Below are positions 1 through 8,834 of a DNA stretch of 64,000 nucleotides, one piece after another. The stretch covers positions 10,613 to 74,612 of the IMG/VR virus record IMGVR_UViG_3300030108_003689; one strand, written 5' to 3'. The position numbers and the translations under genes are program-made. Origin of the DNA: a virus. The notes under the pieces were generated by a model. That model saw only the letters and a program-made list of their open reading frames with translations, had not been told where the DNA came from and ran no database searches. How positions within the stretch are numbered: position 1 is the first letter of the stretch; each line of letters begins with the position of its first letter.

Positions 1-2
1 CA

Positions 3-641
3 CGCACAACTTCATTCGAAGAGGCTCTTCAGCAGCCTGCTACCTGGAGCAGCCGACTGAGCAAATGGCTGATTGGAAGGAGGTTTGCTCCCGCAGTGCT
101 CGACAGTACACATTGCGTTCGAGTCCTGCCGATTCCAACTGAATACAAATATCCAGAGTGGTTTCCTCATCAATGGGGCGGCGTGTACCGCATTGCTGCA
201 CCATGTTTCGAACCGGATGGATCATTCGCCAGCATTCATTGTAGAAGCGTCACCTACACCAAAGGTCGCCAACCGTCAGGATCAAAGACGAGATGGCCTA
301 CTGGTTACGAGGCCGGTGGCTTGTTGATGGCCAACGAAAGCGCCCAACGACTCATGAAGCAAGACATCGATAATGACCTTCAAGGATTTTTGATTTGCGA
401 AGGGATTACCGACTTCATGCGTGCATGTGAGCAGGCTTTTCGAGAGTCGCTCAAGCTTGCAATTGTTGCCGGTACTTCAGGGAGCTACAAATCTCTTGGT
501 AAGATCGACATCCCTTCTTCTCTGAAAATATTCATAGCAACCGACACAGATGATTCCGGCGATGCATATGCGTCAGAAATCTGCGACCAACTTCCCCAAC
601 ACACATTGTATCGCGTACCGCTGGAGCAAAAAAATGGCTGA
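3..641 (+). CDS. Toprim-domain primase-like protein (5' truncated by window edge)
   Basis: Frame open from position 3; Toprim motifs FLICEGITDF and IATDTDDSGD (E...DxD); directly upstream of VapE-like helicase. Confidence 0.7.
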   Translation, partial: RTTSFEEALQQPATWSSRLSKWLIGRRFAPAVLDSTHCVRVLPIPTEYKYPEWFPHQWGGVYRIAAPCFEPDGSFASIHCRSVTYTKGRQPSGSKTRWPTGYEAGGLLMANESAQRLMKQDIDNDLQGFLICEGITDFMRACEQAFRESLKLAIVAGTSGSYKSLGKIDIPSSLKIFIATDTDDSGDAYASEICDQLPQHTLYRVPLEQKNG

Positions 642-1968
642 TTTAGATGAGGTTCTCGCCGCTGGACAGACTCGACTCGCAGACTTGCTGCACATTGCTG
701 AAAATCAGAACTGCATCAATCAGCCCACAAGCCAAGCACAGGAACCTGAACTCTCAGAGCATGAGTCAGATGATCGGATCGTAGACATTCTCGATCAGTA
801 CATGGATCGAAACGGTCAACCTTCTGGCCGGTTTCGCAAAAACAAGAACAACCTGTACATCATCCTTAGAAGAGATCGGAGATGGCGTGGCCGGGTCTGG
901 CTAAACAGCTTCACCAATACGCTCAAGATCGATGATCGCGACTACAAGGACACAGACGATACGAGAATATCTTTGTGGGTCTCTCGTTCCTATGGTCTTG
1001 AGTACGGTGAGGCGGCTGTAAGCTCAACCGTCCAACTCATTGGTGAAGAGAACAAGCGGAACCCACTATTGGAGTGGCTGGATTCGATAGAGTGGGATGG
1101 GGTCAATCGTCTCAACTCTTGGGTCGTAGAGGCGACGGACTGTGAGGACAACGAGCTTAACCGAAAGATGGGCGAGAAATGGCTTATCCAGGCGATTGCT
1201 CGTGCATACGAGCCCGGTTGTAAGGCGGACTGCGTTTTGATCCTGGCTGGCGCTCAAGGCGCAGGCAAGAGCACTTTGTTCAGGACTCTGGCAACTGATG
1301 AATACTTCGCGGATACGCCGCTCGACATCGGTTCTGCCAACTCCTACAGCCAGATTGCCCGCGCTTGGATCTATGAGGTAGCCGAGTTGGACTCTGTTCG
1401 TCGATCAGCTAACAGCGCAACCAAGGCGTTCCTCAGCGCCCAGGAGGATAACTTCCGGCCTGCGTATGGTCGTCACGCGATCACCATCAAGCGACATGTA
1501 GTGTTCGCAGGAACGACGAATGAATCCCAGTTTATCAATGATATGACTGGATCGCGTAGGTATTGGCCGATCAAAGTAGACGCGGTCAATCTCAACTGGG
1601 TTCGAGAAAACAGAGATCAACTTTGGGCTGAGGCTATACTCGCGTACAAAAATGGTGAGACTTGGTATCTGGATAAAAAGCTCGACAAGGTTCGACATGA
1701 TTCGAGCAAGATATACCGACAAGACGACCCATGGTTGGAACCTATATCGAGCTTCCTAATGCTAAATCGTGGTTACGTGACAATGACTATGGTTATGGAA
1801 GATGGGTTAAAAATCGAACGAGGACGAATGAATAGACGAGATGAGATGAGAATATCAGAGATACTTAGGGAGCTTGATTACGAAAAGAAAAGGATGACCG
1901 TAGGCGGAAAAAGAAAGTATGTCTGGGCTAAAAATGAAATACTAACAATGAAAAGTAAGGAAGCATGA
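634..1968 (+). CDS. VapE/virulence-associated E family P-loop helicase (primase-associated)
   Basis: LEWLDSIEWDGVNR, PGCKAD, Walker A GAQGAGKST, YEVAELD, FRPAYGR, GTTN, TGSRRYWP, RDQLWAEA motifs; ATG 634 with GGAG RBS. Confidence 0.9.
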   Translation: MADLDEVLAAGQTRLADLLHIAENQNCINQPTSQAQEPELSEHESDDRIVDILDQYMDRNGQPSGRFRKNKNNLYIILRRDRRWRGRVWLNSFTNTLKIDDRDYKDTDDTRISLWVSRSYGLEYGEAAVSSTVQLIGEENKRNPLLEWLDSIEWDGVNRLNSWVVEATDCEDNELNRKMGEKWLIQAIARAYEPGCKADCVLILAGAQGAGKSTLFRTLATDEYFADTPLDIGSANSYSQIARAWIYEVAELDSVRRSANSATKAFLSAQEDNFRPAYGRHAITIKRHVVFAGTTNESQFINDMTGSRRYWPIKVDAVNLNWVRENRDQLWAEAILAYKNGETWYLDKKLDKVRHDSSKIYRQDDPWLEPISSFLMLNRGYVTMTMVMEDGLKIERGRMNRRDEMRISEILRELDYEKKRMTVGGKRKYVWAKNEILTMKSKEA

Positions 1969-3341
1969 TGAGTCAAGGAAGAGTAGCTATGGGTGGTGGG
2001 ATGTTCCTCGAGCCCGGAAGTAATAATGAAGAAGATATTTTGAGTAGATTTAAACTGTTGAACCCAGAATATAAGATGGCGGTTGGGCTGCGGGAGAAGG
2101 GTAAGTTTATCGCTTTACCCGATAAGTACATTAACGCATGCCATCGCATTCCACATGAGCACCCCTGGGGCGGAGGTCTTGCGATTCCGAGGAAGGCTGC
2201 GGCACAAATCAATCTCGGATCTTTCGCTGATGTGAGAACAGAGCCACAAGCTGAAAGTCTTAAGTTGGCATCAGGTTTCAGCCTGAGAGATTATCAACAA
2301 GACGCATTAGACGAGTGGGTCAAAAGTGGTGGCGAGGGCGTAATCATTGCACCGTGCGGTGCCGGAAAGACTGCTATCGGACTAACGGCAGCAACGGTAT
2401 TCGATACGAAGTGCTTGATCTTGGTTCACACCAACGATCTGGCTGTCCAGTGGATGAATCGATGCAAGTCAATGCTCGGTACGGAGGCAACGCAGTATGG
2501 CGCGGGTAAGAAAGATGACTCGGGACGGATTGTTGTCGCAACTTTCCAGACTCTTGAACGAATGTCATTCACAGAGAGGTACAACTTCGGGCGTCAGTTC
2601 GGACTCTGTATTGTTGATGAAGCACACCACGTTCCAGCGCACACCTTCTGCTCAGTTATGTTCTGTATGCCCGCGCGATACCGACTCGGACTAACGGCCA
2701 CGCCGAACAGACCAGATGGCCTAACATCCATTTTGTGGTGGCACTTCGGACAAGCAGTATACGAAATCACTAACGCACAGCTTGCAGGATCTGGTCACGT
2801 TGTTCCCCCTCGAATCGAGTGGTTCTTTACTGATTTTGCGGGGCCGCTACACCGAGTGGACTGGTCTAAGCTCATCACATTGATGACAACGGATGAGGAT
2901 CGTAATCAAAAGATTATCGATCGTGTCGTCCAGGCTTGTCGCAATAACAGGCAGGTCCTGGTCTTATCTGATCGGGTGGATCATTGTATAAAGTTGGCAG
3001 AGCAAATCAGCGCACATGACATCATCGCTGAACCACTGGTCGGTAAGATGACTAAGAAACAACGAGCAGAGGTTTTAGATCGTGCGGATAAAAGACAAAT
3101 TCAGGTCGTTTGCGCGACCACGGTTGCTGATGAAGGGCTTGACCTACCGTCTTTGGACACAGTTGTGCTTACAACTCCGACAAAGGCTATGGGTCGAATA
3201 CAACAAAGAATCGGCAGAGTCATGCGACCACACCCTGAAAAACAAGATCCGATCGTTATTGATTGCGTCGATGATATTGGATCAATGCGCGGTTTGGCTC
3301 GAAAAAGAAATAAACTCTATACGCAGATCGGATGTCATTAA
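1965..3341 (+). CDS. Superfamily 2 DEAH helicase (XPB/Res-III-like)
   Basis: LRDYQ Q-motif, APCGAGKT, IVDEAHH, LTATP, EGLDLP, QRIGRVMR. Confidence 0.93.
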   Translation: MMSQGRVAMGGGMFLEPGSNNEEDILSRFKLLNPEYKMAVGLREKGKFIALPDKYINACHRIPHEHPWGGGLAIPRKAAAQINLGSFADVRTEPQAESLKLASGFSLRDYQQDALDEWVKSGGEGVIIAPCGAGKTAIGLTAATVFDTKCLILVHTNDLAVQWMNRCKSMLGTEATQYGAGKKDDSGRIVVATFQTLERMSFTERYNFGRQFGLCIVDEAHHVPAHTFCSVMFCMPARYRLGLTATPNRPDGLTSILWWHFGQAVYEITNAQLAGSGHVVPPRIEWFFTDFAGPLHRVDWSKLITLMTTDEDRNQKIIDRVVQACRNNRQVLVLSDRVDHCIKLAEQISAHDIIAEPLVGKMTKKQRAEVLDRADKRQIQVVCATTVADEGLDLPSLDTVVLTTPTKAMGRIQQRIGRVMRPHPEKQDPIVIDCVDDIGSMRGLARKRNKLYTQIGCH

Positions 3342-3342
3342 G

Positions 3343-3552
3343 ATGGTTGATATTGTACAGAAACTACCAGTAGGTTGGTCAGTAATAGAAGCTGAAGATG
3401 AATGGATCGTCTATGACCAATATGATGAGCTTATATGCAAAGCCAGTACACCGGAGAAGCTCAATAGGCTTTTAGATATTGAGTTTCACATCGCTCAAAC
3501 ATTTGTAAGCGTGATGCACGCAATCAAAAATATTGAGCCTGCTGAAGCCTGA
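3343..3552 (+). CDS. Hypothetical protein (69 aa)
   Basis: ATG 1 nt after helicase stop; fills the gap to the convergent HTH gene. Confidence 0.6.
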   Translation: MVDIVQKLPVGWSVIEAEDEWIVYDQYDELICKASTPEKLNRLLDIEFHIAQTFVSVMHAIKNIEPAEA

Positions 3553-3786
3553 TCATCGTTTTATAGACAACCCAACCCAGTCTCTGACTGAAACTTGGTT
3601 GTTTGTGAGATCCTCTACAGCGATGGCAAGTCTCAACGAGGGCACTGATCGTCCCGATTCCAGATCTCTCAGATAGGGAACGGAAATGCTCAGGTCTCGT
3701 TGAGACAAGCTCTCGTTGATCCACTTGCAAAAAGCAAAGCGACTATTGAATCGAGGCTGAGCCTCTCGATAGTTCCTGATGTTCAT
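3553..3786 (-). CDS. XRE/Cro-like HTH transcriptional regulator
   Basis: ISVPYLRDLESGRSVPSLRLAIAVEDLT..VSVRDW is typical of Cro/CI-like HTH; divergent from YqaJ. Confidence 0.8.
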   Translation of the reverse strand: MNIRNYREAQPRFNSRFAFCKWINESLSQRDLSISVPYLRDLESGRSVPSLRLAIAVEDLTNNQVSVRDWVGLSIKR

Positions 3787-3817
3787 TAAATGTCCAGTCA
3801 GATTTTGTCCGGTAAAA

Positions 3818-3849
3818 GTGATGGTATTACCATCACATCATGATACTAT
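3818..3849. promoter_or_regulatory. Palindromic operator plus extended -10 in the divergent HTH/YqaJ intergenic region
   Basis: Perfect inverted repeat GTGATGGTA-T-TACCATCAC (3818-3836); TG-A-TACTAT (3841-3849) on + strand. Confidence 0.6.
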
Positions 3850-3877
3850 CCAATCGTACAAGCAAATAGGAGAAAAA

Positions 3878-4789
3878 ATGCCAAACGACTTGCCTACTAT
3901 AGGCAGCAGTAGCATCGGAGCGATACTCGGCCTTTCGCCCTGGAGTAGTCCATGGGATGTATGGGCCAGGGCACATGGGTTGACTGAAAGCTCATCATCA
4001 GCAGCGACTCAACGAGGACACATCCTCGAACCGGCAATCGGAGCGCACTACGCACACCTAAATAACGTTCAAATCAAAAGCGGACCCGCATACGAGGCCG
4101 ATCCAATCATAGGACCGGAAGAGTGGATGCACGCTCGTCCCGATTTCTTTGTCACCTCAGACAGTGCAAAGTGGTTGCTTGAGATCAAATCTACTCGAAA
4201 ATTCGATCACAGGTGGGGCTTTTCTGGTACAAACTCAGTCCCACCGTACTATGCCGCCCAGTGTGTTTGGCAGATGGCGGTAACTGACGATGACCGATGC
4301 GATCTTGCGGCCTTCGCCACGATGTCAGACGAGTATAGGTGCTTCAACATTTATCGAGACAAGTCAGTGGAATCCAAGATTCTTGACTATGTGCGCGACT
4401 GGTATGACAAGCACATACGTGCTGGCGCTCCGCCCGAAGTTGATGGATCAACAGCCTGCTCTAAGTCTTTAGCAAAGCTCTTCGAGCAAGAATCCAAGAC
4501 ATTCATCGAGCCTTCTGATACCCACATCGAGTTGGCGGCAAAGCTGAAAGACATACGCCGACAATGCGCCGAGCTTGACGATCAAAAGCGTCGTTTGGAA
4601 AATCAACTCAAAGAACAGATTGGCACCGCATATGGTATTGCTGGTGTCGCAACATGGTCCCAGAGCAAACCAAGAAGTCGATTCGATAGATCATCTTTCG
4701 AAGCCGACAACCCAGACCTCGCCAAGAAGTACATCATAGAAGGCGAACCAACCAGAACATTCAGATTCAACTACACAGGAGAGAAATAA
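3878..4789 (+). CDS. YqaJ-like (lambda Exo family) exonuclease
   Basis: IGSSSIGAILGLSPWSSP, RGHILEP, ARPD...LEIKS (PD-(D/E)xK), YYAAQCVWQM; ATG 3878 with AGGAG RBS. Confidence 0.92.
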   Translation: MPNDLPTIGSSSIGAILGLSPWSSPWDVWARAHGLTESSSSAATQRGHILEPAIGAHYAHLNNVQIKSGPAYEADPIIGPEEWMHARPDFFVTSDSAKWLLEIKSTRKFDHRWGFSGTNSVPPYYAAQCVWQMAVTDDDRCDLAAFATMSDEYRCFNIYRDKSVESKILDYVRDWYDKHIRAGAPPEVDGSTACSKSLAKLFEQESKTFIEPSDTHIELAAKLKDIRRQCAELDDQKRRLENQLKEQIGTAYGIAGVATWSQSKPRSRFDRSSFEADNPDLAKKYIIEGEPTRTFRFNYTGEK

Positions 4790-5613
4790 TGGCTAACGCA
4801 CTACATCCAGCAGTTCAGTTTAGAAACAACGTCGAGTCCAAGGCTTCTGATTTTCTTCAGACGATGGTAGGCACAGAAGAAGGAGCGCAGGCCGCTGGTC
4901 GAGTTGCGCTGGCATTTAGACAAGCAGCACAGGTCAATGACCGTCTGTACTCTTGTGACCCAGCCTCGGTCGCCCAGGCGGTTGCCTTGTCTGCTATGAC
5001 TGGTCTTATGCCCGGTGGGCCACTGCCTGACGTTTACTTGCTACCAAGAGGCAAAACGCTTCAATGGCAAGTATCCCACCGAGGGTTCGCCAAGCTCGCC
5101 GCCAGGGGAGGAGTCCGACTCCGAACCAAGGCTGTGTTTGAAAGCGACACGTTCCATGTCATCGAAGGAACGGAGCCAAAGCTGGAACACGTACCAGACC
5201 TAAACGCACAACAATCATGGGAATCTCTTACAGCGGTATACGTAGTTGCACACTACAAGGACGGCTCTAAAGACTTTGTCGTCATCCGTAAGGCCGACAT
5301 CGAAAAGCGTAGGGCCAACTCCGATGCCTGGAAGCGAAACAAGAACCAATCCCCATGGGGCCAGTGGCCTATCGAGATGGCACTCAAGACTGGACTTAGG
5401 TATGCGTTTGCTCGCGGCATCGTCCCTATGGATGATACAACTTCCAATGCCTATGATCATGATGGCAAGCAAGATGCCATAGCTGAGGATCTCAAAGTCG
5501 TTGAGATGAATGATATTCCTGAGATGGATTCTATGAATCTGTTGACCGAACAACTCGACGAGCTTTCAGAGGTTAAGGAGAAAGAGAAGGAAGAATCCGT
5601 ACTCGAAGATTAG
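4789..5613 (+). CDS. recT: RecT family single-strand annealing recombinase
   Basis: SCDPASV..A...GL.PG, YLLPRG...QWQVSHRGF, PWGQWPIEMALKT, acidic C-terminal tail; paired with YqaJ. Confidence 0.88.
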   Translation: MANALHPAVQFRNNVESKASDFLQTMVGTEEGAQAAGRVALAFRQAAQVNDRLYSCDPASVAQAVALSAMTGLMPGGPLPDVYLLPRGKTLQWQVSHRGFAKLAARGGVRLRTKAVFESDTFHVIEGTEPKLEHVPDLNAQQSWESLTAVYVVAHYKDGSKDFVVIRKADIEKRRANSDAWKRNKNQSPWGQWPIEMALKTGLRYAFARGIVPMDDTTSNAYDHDGKQDAIAEDLKVVEMNDIPEMDSMNLLTEQLDELSEVKEKEKEESVLED

Positions 5614-5621
5614 GTACCAAT

Positions 5622-5843
5622 ATGGCTCGTGACTACAAAAAGGAATACCGGGAATACCATAGCAAACCGGAGCAGAAGAAGCGGCGGGCGGGTAGAAATC
5701 GCGCTCGCCGCATCATGACAATGCTCAAACGTGTTAAAAAGGGTGATGGTAAAGATGTCCATCACAAAGACGGAAACCCAAAAAATAACTCTAAGAAAAA
5801 CCTTAGAGTTGAAAGCAAAAAAACAAATCGTTCGAGAAAGTAA
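5622..5843 (+). CDS. Small HNH-motif protein
   Basis: RDYKKEY..YH..PEQKKRRA.RN.AR and GDGKDVHHKDGNPKNN...NLRV...NR, a common phage HNH family. Confidence 0.8.
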   Translation: MARDYKKEYREYHSKPEQKKRRAGRNRARRIMTMLKRVKKGDGKDVHHKDGNPKNNSKKNLRVESKKTNRSRK

Positions 5844-5855
5844 TAGGAGAAGACA

Positions 5856-6512
5856 ATGAGTCTTTTTGAAGAAGTAGAGCGCGCTAAAAATCCATTCGTT
5901 GGCAAAACACTACAAGAAGGAAACAAGCAAGCGACGTTTATCAACCAAACATCGTCACTGCTTAGCATTTTGAATGAAATTATTTCTTCTGAAAAGTTAC
6001 CAACGAAGAAGGCAAAGGAGTGCAAGGACTACAGAACTAAGCTGGGCGATTGCTCCTGGCCTCTGCACAACCTTCAAGGAAAGGTGAACGAGCAAACCTG
6101 GATGTCTATCGTTCAATCAGCAATCAGAGGCATGCTCAAGACCATTCGCAACTCTCAGCCTAATGGTGAGTGGGCGCTGATGGACTATGAAGTGAAGATC
6201 GATTTTGCACCAGACGGCGTTGAGCGTTTGTATTTGGTGGTCAAGTTTGTAGATGTAGACAACACCGAAGAGCTTCTTTACAGGAACGGAGTGCCGATTA
6301 CGACTACTGTAAATGTAAACACAAGCCCAATCGCACCCGAAGTTGTCGAAGCTTTGAGCAGCAAGAACACAGATGATGGTGAGCTTAAAGAGTTGATCAA
6401 GCAACTGGTTGTTGCGATGTCCGCTGGTGCCATTGCAAGCAACGCTCAGACAACAGAAGAAATCGAAACGTACCCAGTACCAGACGAAGAAAAAGTTGTC
6501 TTTGACGATTAA
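5856..6512 (+). CDS. Hypothetical protein
   Basis: 218-aa ORF with AGGAG RBS, in operon. Confidence 0.75.
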   Translation: MSLFEEVERAKNPFVGKTLQEGNKQATFINQTSSLLSILNEIISSEKLPTKKAKECKDYRTKLGDCSWPLHNLQGKVNEQTWMSIVQSAIRGMLKTIRNSQPNGEWALMDYEVKIDFAPDGVERLYLVVKFVDVDNTEELLYRNGVPITTTVNVNTSPIAPEVVEALSSKNTDDGELKELIKQLVVAMSAGAIASNAQTTEEIETYPVPDEEKVVFDD

Positions 6513-6514
6513 CG

Positions 6515-6718
6515 ATGCCGCTGTATCAATTCGTCTGCCCTAACTGCAATCAAACCGTAGAAGTTTTGCAGGCATTTGGAGACCCAAGCCCCCATTGTGG
6601 GGCTTGTGCTCTCGACTTCGGCACATCCGTCGATATGAAGCGAAAGATATGTGTCACCAACTTCAGCCTCAAGGGCGAAGGATGGGCCAGGGACAACTAC
6701 GGATTGAAGAAGAAGTAA
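6515..6718 (+). CDS. FmdB family zinc-ribbon protein
   Basis: MPLYQFVCPNC...CGAC...FSLKGEGWARDNY signature. Confidence 0.85.
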   Translation: MPLYQFVCPNCNQTVEVLQAFGDPSPHCGACALDFGTSVDMKRKICVTNFSLKGEGWARDNYGLKKK

Positions 6719-6792
6719 TGGGGTGAAGCGCCACAGGCAGGTGCATCGGGCTGTTACCCCGACCGTTGTTGGTTCGAGTCCAACCGCCCCAG
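6719..6792 (+). tRNA. tRNA-Asn (GTT), no encoded CCA
   Basis: Acceptor TGGGGTG/CGCCCCA, D arm GCGC/GTGC, anticodon stem TCGGG/CCCGA with loop CTGTTAC, T arm GTTGG-TTCGAGT-CCAAC, discriminator G. Confidence 0.88.
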
Positions 6793-6801
6793 CTTTTGAG
6801 G

Positions 6802-7179
6802 ATGAACATGAAAAAAACCAAGCGTAGATGCTTTCCAATATTCAAGGAAAACAGCCGGATTCCTGTTTGGTTGTCAAAAGTTTCTCCTATTGAAATCGGT
6901 GCTATCAGCCTTGCTTTGTTCGTCTTCGCTCGCGGCGAAATGAGCAAGACCACAAAGCGACATGAGACCATCCACTACCTTCAGTGGGTCGAGCTTGGTT
7001 TTATCGGATTTCTACTGCTGTACCCTTCATTCTGGCTCATCAACTTCGTCAGGTATCGAGACGGAGATAGGGCGTATCGAGAGATACCGTTCGAGCGTGA
7101 AGCCTACGGACACGAGGAGGAGGGCGGATATCTGGCGACCAGGAAGCGTTACGCTTGGCTCAAGTACATCAGACGGTAA
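6802..7179 (+). CDS. Membrane-associated zincin-like protein (HExxH)
   Basis: RHETIHYLQW, hydrophobic stretch, AYREIPFEREAY; start 6802 or 6808. Confidence 0.7.
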   Translation: MNMKKTKRRCFPIFKENSRIPVWLSKVSPIEIGAISLALFVFARGEMSKTTKRHETIHYLQWVELGFIGFLLLYPSFWLINFVRYRDGDRAYREIPFEREAYGHEEEGGYLATRKRYAWLKYIRR

Positions 7180-7191
7180 CTCGGAGACATA

Positions 7192-7686
7192 ATGGCTGAT
7201 CATTCTTTAGATGACATCGTACATTCGATTCAATCTGCGGTTATAGCTGCCACCGACATTGCCGAGAGGCATGAGCTTGATTCAATTACGAATCAAGAGT
7301 TCTGGGAGTTGAAGACGAATGATTCCGGGGAGCCACTTAATGATGAACATGGAAGGCCCATTTATGTACCTCGTATGGTCGTCATGGAGATCCCAACATG
7401 GGAAGATGGAGTACTGGTACAAAAAAGAGTTCCAGTCCCGCTCCAATCCCTCACGACTGGTCAAAGCCTTCGCGTGGATACGCTTGAGGTTGAAATGTCA
7501 GTCGAGATATCTGGGCTTACGGCGGACAAAAAGAAAGGCAAGTTGATGGTCCGGCCTTGTGCCAACACTCCGTCATGGTTCAAAAAGCAGAACAATGCTG
7601 CTAAGGTAAAGCTGATCTTCAAGGGCAGCGAGCCCCCAGAAGGTTATGCAAGAATCGACGATCAACTAATCAAGCTGCTTCCGTAG
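7192..7686 (+). CDS. DUF2589 family protein
   Basis: VPVPLQSL...L.V...VEMSVEI and C-terminal EPPEGYARI; GGAG RBS. Confidence 0.75.
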   Translation: MADHSLDDIVHSIQSAVIAATDIAERHELDSITNQEFWELKTNDSGEPLNDEHGRPIYVPRMVVMEIPTWEDGVLVQKRVPVPLQSLTTGQSLRVDTLEVEMSVEISGLTADKKKGKLMVRPCANTPSWFKKQNNAAKVKLIFKGSEPPEGYARIDDQLIKLLP

Positions 7687-7695
7687 GAGAACATC

Positions 7696-8298
7696 ATGGC
7701 AGATTCCGGCCTCGTACAAATGTCATCACAGTTTGGTGGACTTCCAATGGAGCAACTCATTGGTGGACCGCTCAAGGCTGCATGTAACGCTCAGACTTTG
7801 CTCGCAAAGGCATCAAGTGACTTCATCAAGGATGTCGGTCTCAACGACGACGGAAAGGGTAACTTGTCCGCGCGCACCGTTGACTTTGGCTTCAACAGGC
7901 CGGTTCAAGACGCTGCCGGAAATACCACGATGGAAAAGGTGGATCTTCAGGTTCCACTTCTTGCGATGATCAACACTCCAGCCCTTTCAGTCAAGGAAGC
8001 AGAGGTTCGGTTCACCATGGAGGTCAAGTCCTCCACGTCGAGCAAGACCACGTCAGACAGCAAGGCTGACCTTACAGCCAAGGCTAAGTACAACGCTGGT
8101 CTCTTCTCTTGTGAAGTGACGGTACACGGCTCAGTAGCCAACCACAGTGAGAATAGCCGTAGCAGCGACAACAGCGCCAAGTACGATGTCAAAGTAGTAG
8201 CGCGAGATGACGGTCCTCCAGAAGGTCTCATGAAGGTTCTGGACATGCTTAACGACGCCATTGCGCCGACCCCGGCAGCCGCATCTTCTAAGAAGTAA
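7696..8298 (+). CDS. DUF2589 family protein
   Basis: GLPMEQLIGGPLKAACNAQ, VPLLAMINTPALSV, FTMEVKS, DNSAKYDV, PPEGLMKVLDML. Confidence 0.85.
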   Translation: MADSGLVQMSSQFGGLPMEQLIGGPLKAACNAQTLLAKASSDFIKDVGLNDDGKGNLSARTVDFGFNRPVQDAAGNTTMEKVDLQVPLLAMINTPALSVKEAEVRFTMEVKSSTSSKTTSDSKADLTAKAKYNAGLFSCEVTVHGSVANHSENSRSSDNSAKYDVKVVARDDGPPEGLMKVLDMLNDAIAPTPAAASSKK

Positions 8299-8306
8299 CA
8301 ACATCC

Positions 8307-8488
8307 CCTGCGCCCCCCCACCCACATCGCTTGTTCCCATACTCGGGACGTGAGCATGGGCGATTCCTACCGGGTGGGGGGGTGGCAGGCATAATGCCTA
8401 TAGGTCTTAATCCATATAATTGGTGGTGTTGTAAACATTTTGATCTTGGATAGGCTGAGATCAATTTAATCCCGTGGATTAAACCTGT
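8307..8488 (+). ncRNA. Candidate structured intergenic RNA (long hairpin plus multibranch domain)
   Basis: Nested stems with several G-U pairs that only work on the + strand; followed by an intrinsic terminator. Confidence 0.45.
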
Positions 8489-8527
8489 GCCCCATCCAAG
8501 TGTCACGACTTGGGTGGGGTTTTTTTT
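8489..8527 (+). terminator. Rho-independent terminator
   Basis: GCCCCATCCAAGT-gtcacg-ACTTGGGTGGGGT followed by a T run. Confidence 0.85.
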
Positions 8528-8540
8528 GTTACACTACCGC

Positions 8541-8834
8541 ATGGCTCGATGCGGACGATGTGGATTTTTTAAGTCTTACGAAGGTGTCAGCAAACAGGCA
8601 GGCGTCTGTTTGATGTATCGAGGCCTTGACATTCCTGAGGACGCTCTGTGGGAGCATCGTGAGTGTTCTGAGTACACTCAGAGGATTCCTGACTGGACGC
8701 CTGAGCAGCATTTCGACTTTGAAGTGAAGCGACATGGTGTTGAGCGCAGTTGGCGTGCCAGTAAACGAGCGATGATCTTTTCTTCTGCGGCATTGATCGT
8801 CTCCATCGTGACGCTGATGAGCAAGCTGATTTAG
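8541..8834 (+). CDS. Small Cys-rich protein with C-terminal TM helix
   Basis: CGRC...C...C motif; hydrophobic C-terminus; ATG 5 nt after TG-T-TACACT (probably leaderless). Confidence 0.65.
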   Translation: MARCGRCGFFKSYEGVSKQAGVCLMYRGLDIPEDALWEHRECSEYTQRIPDWTPEQHFDFEVKRHGVERSWRASKRAMIFSSAALIVSIVTLMSKLI

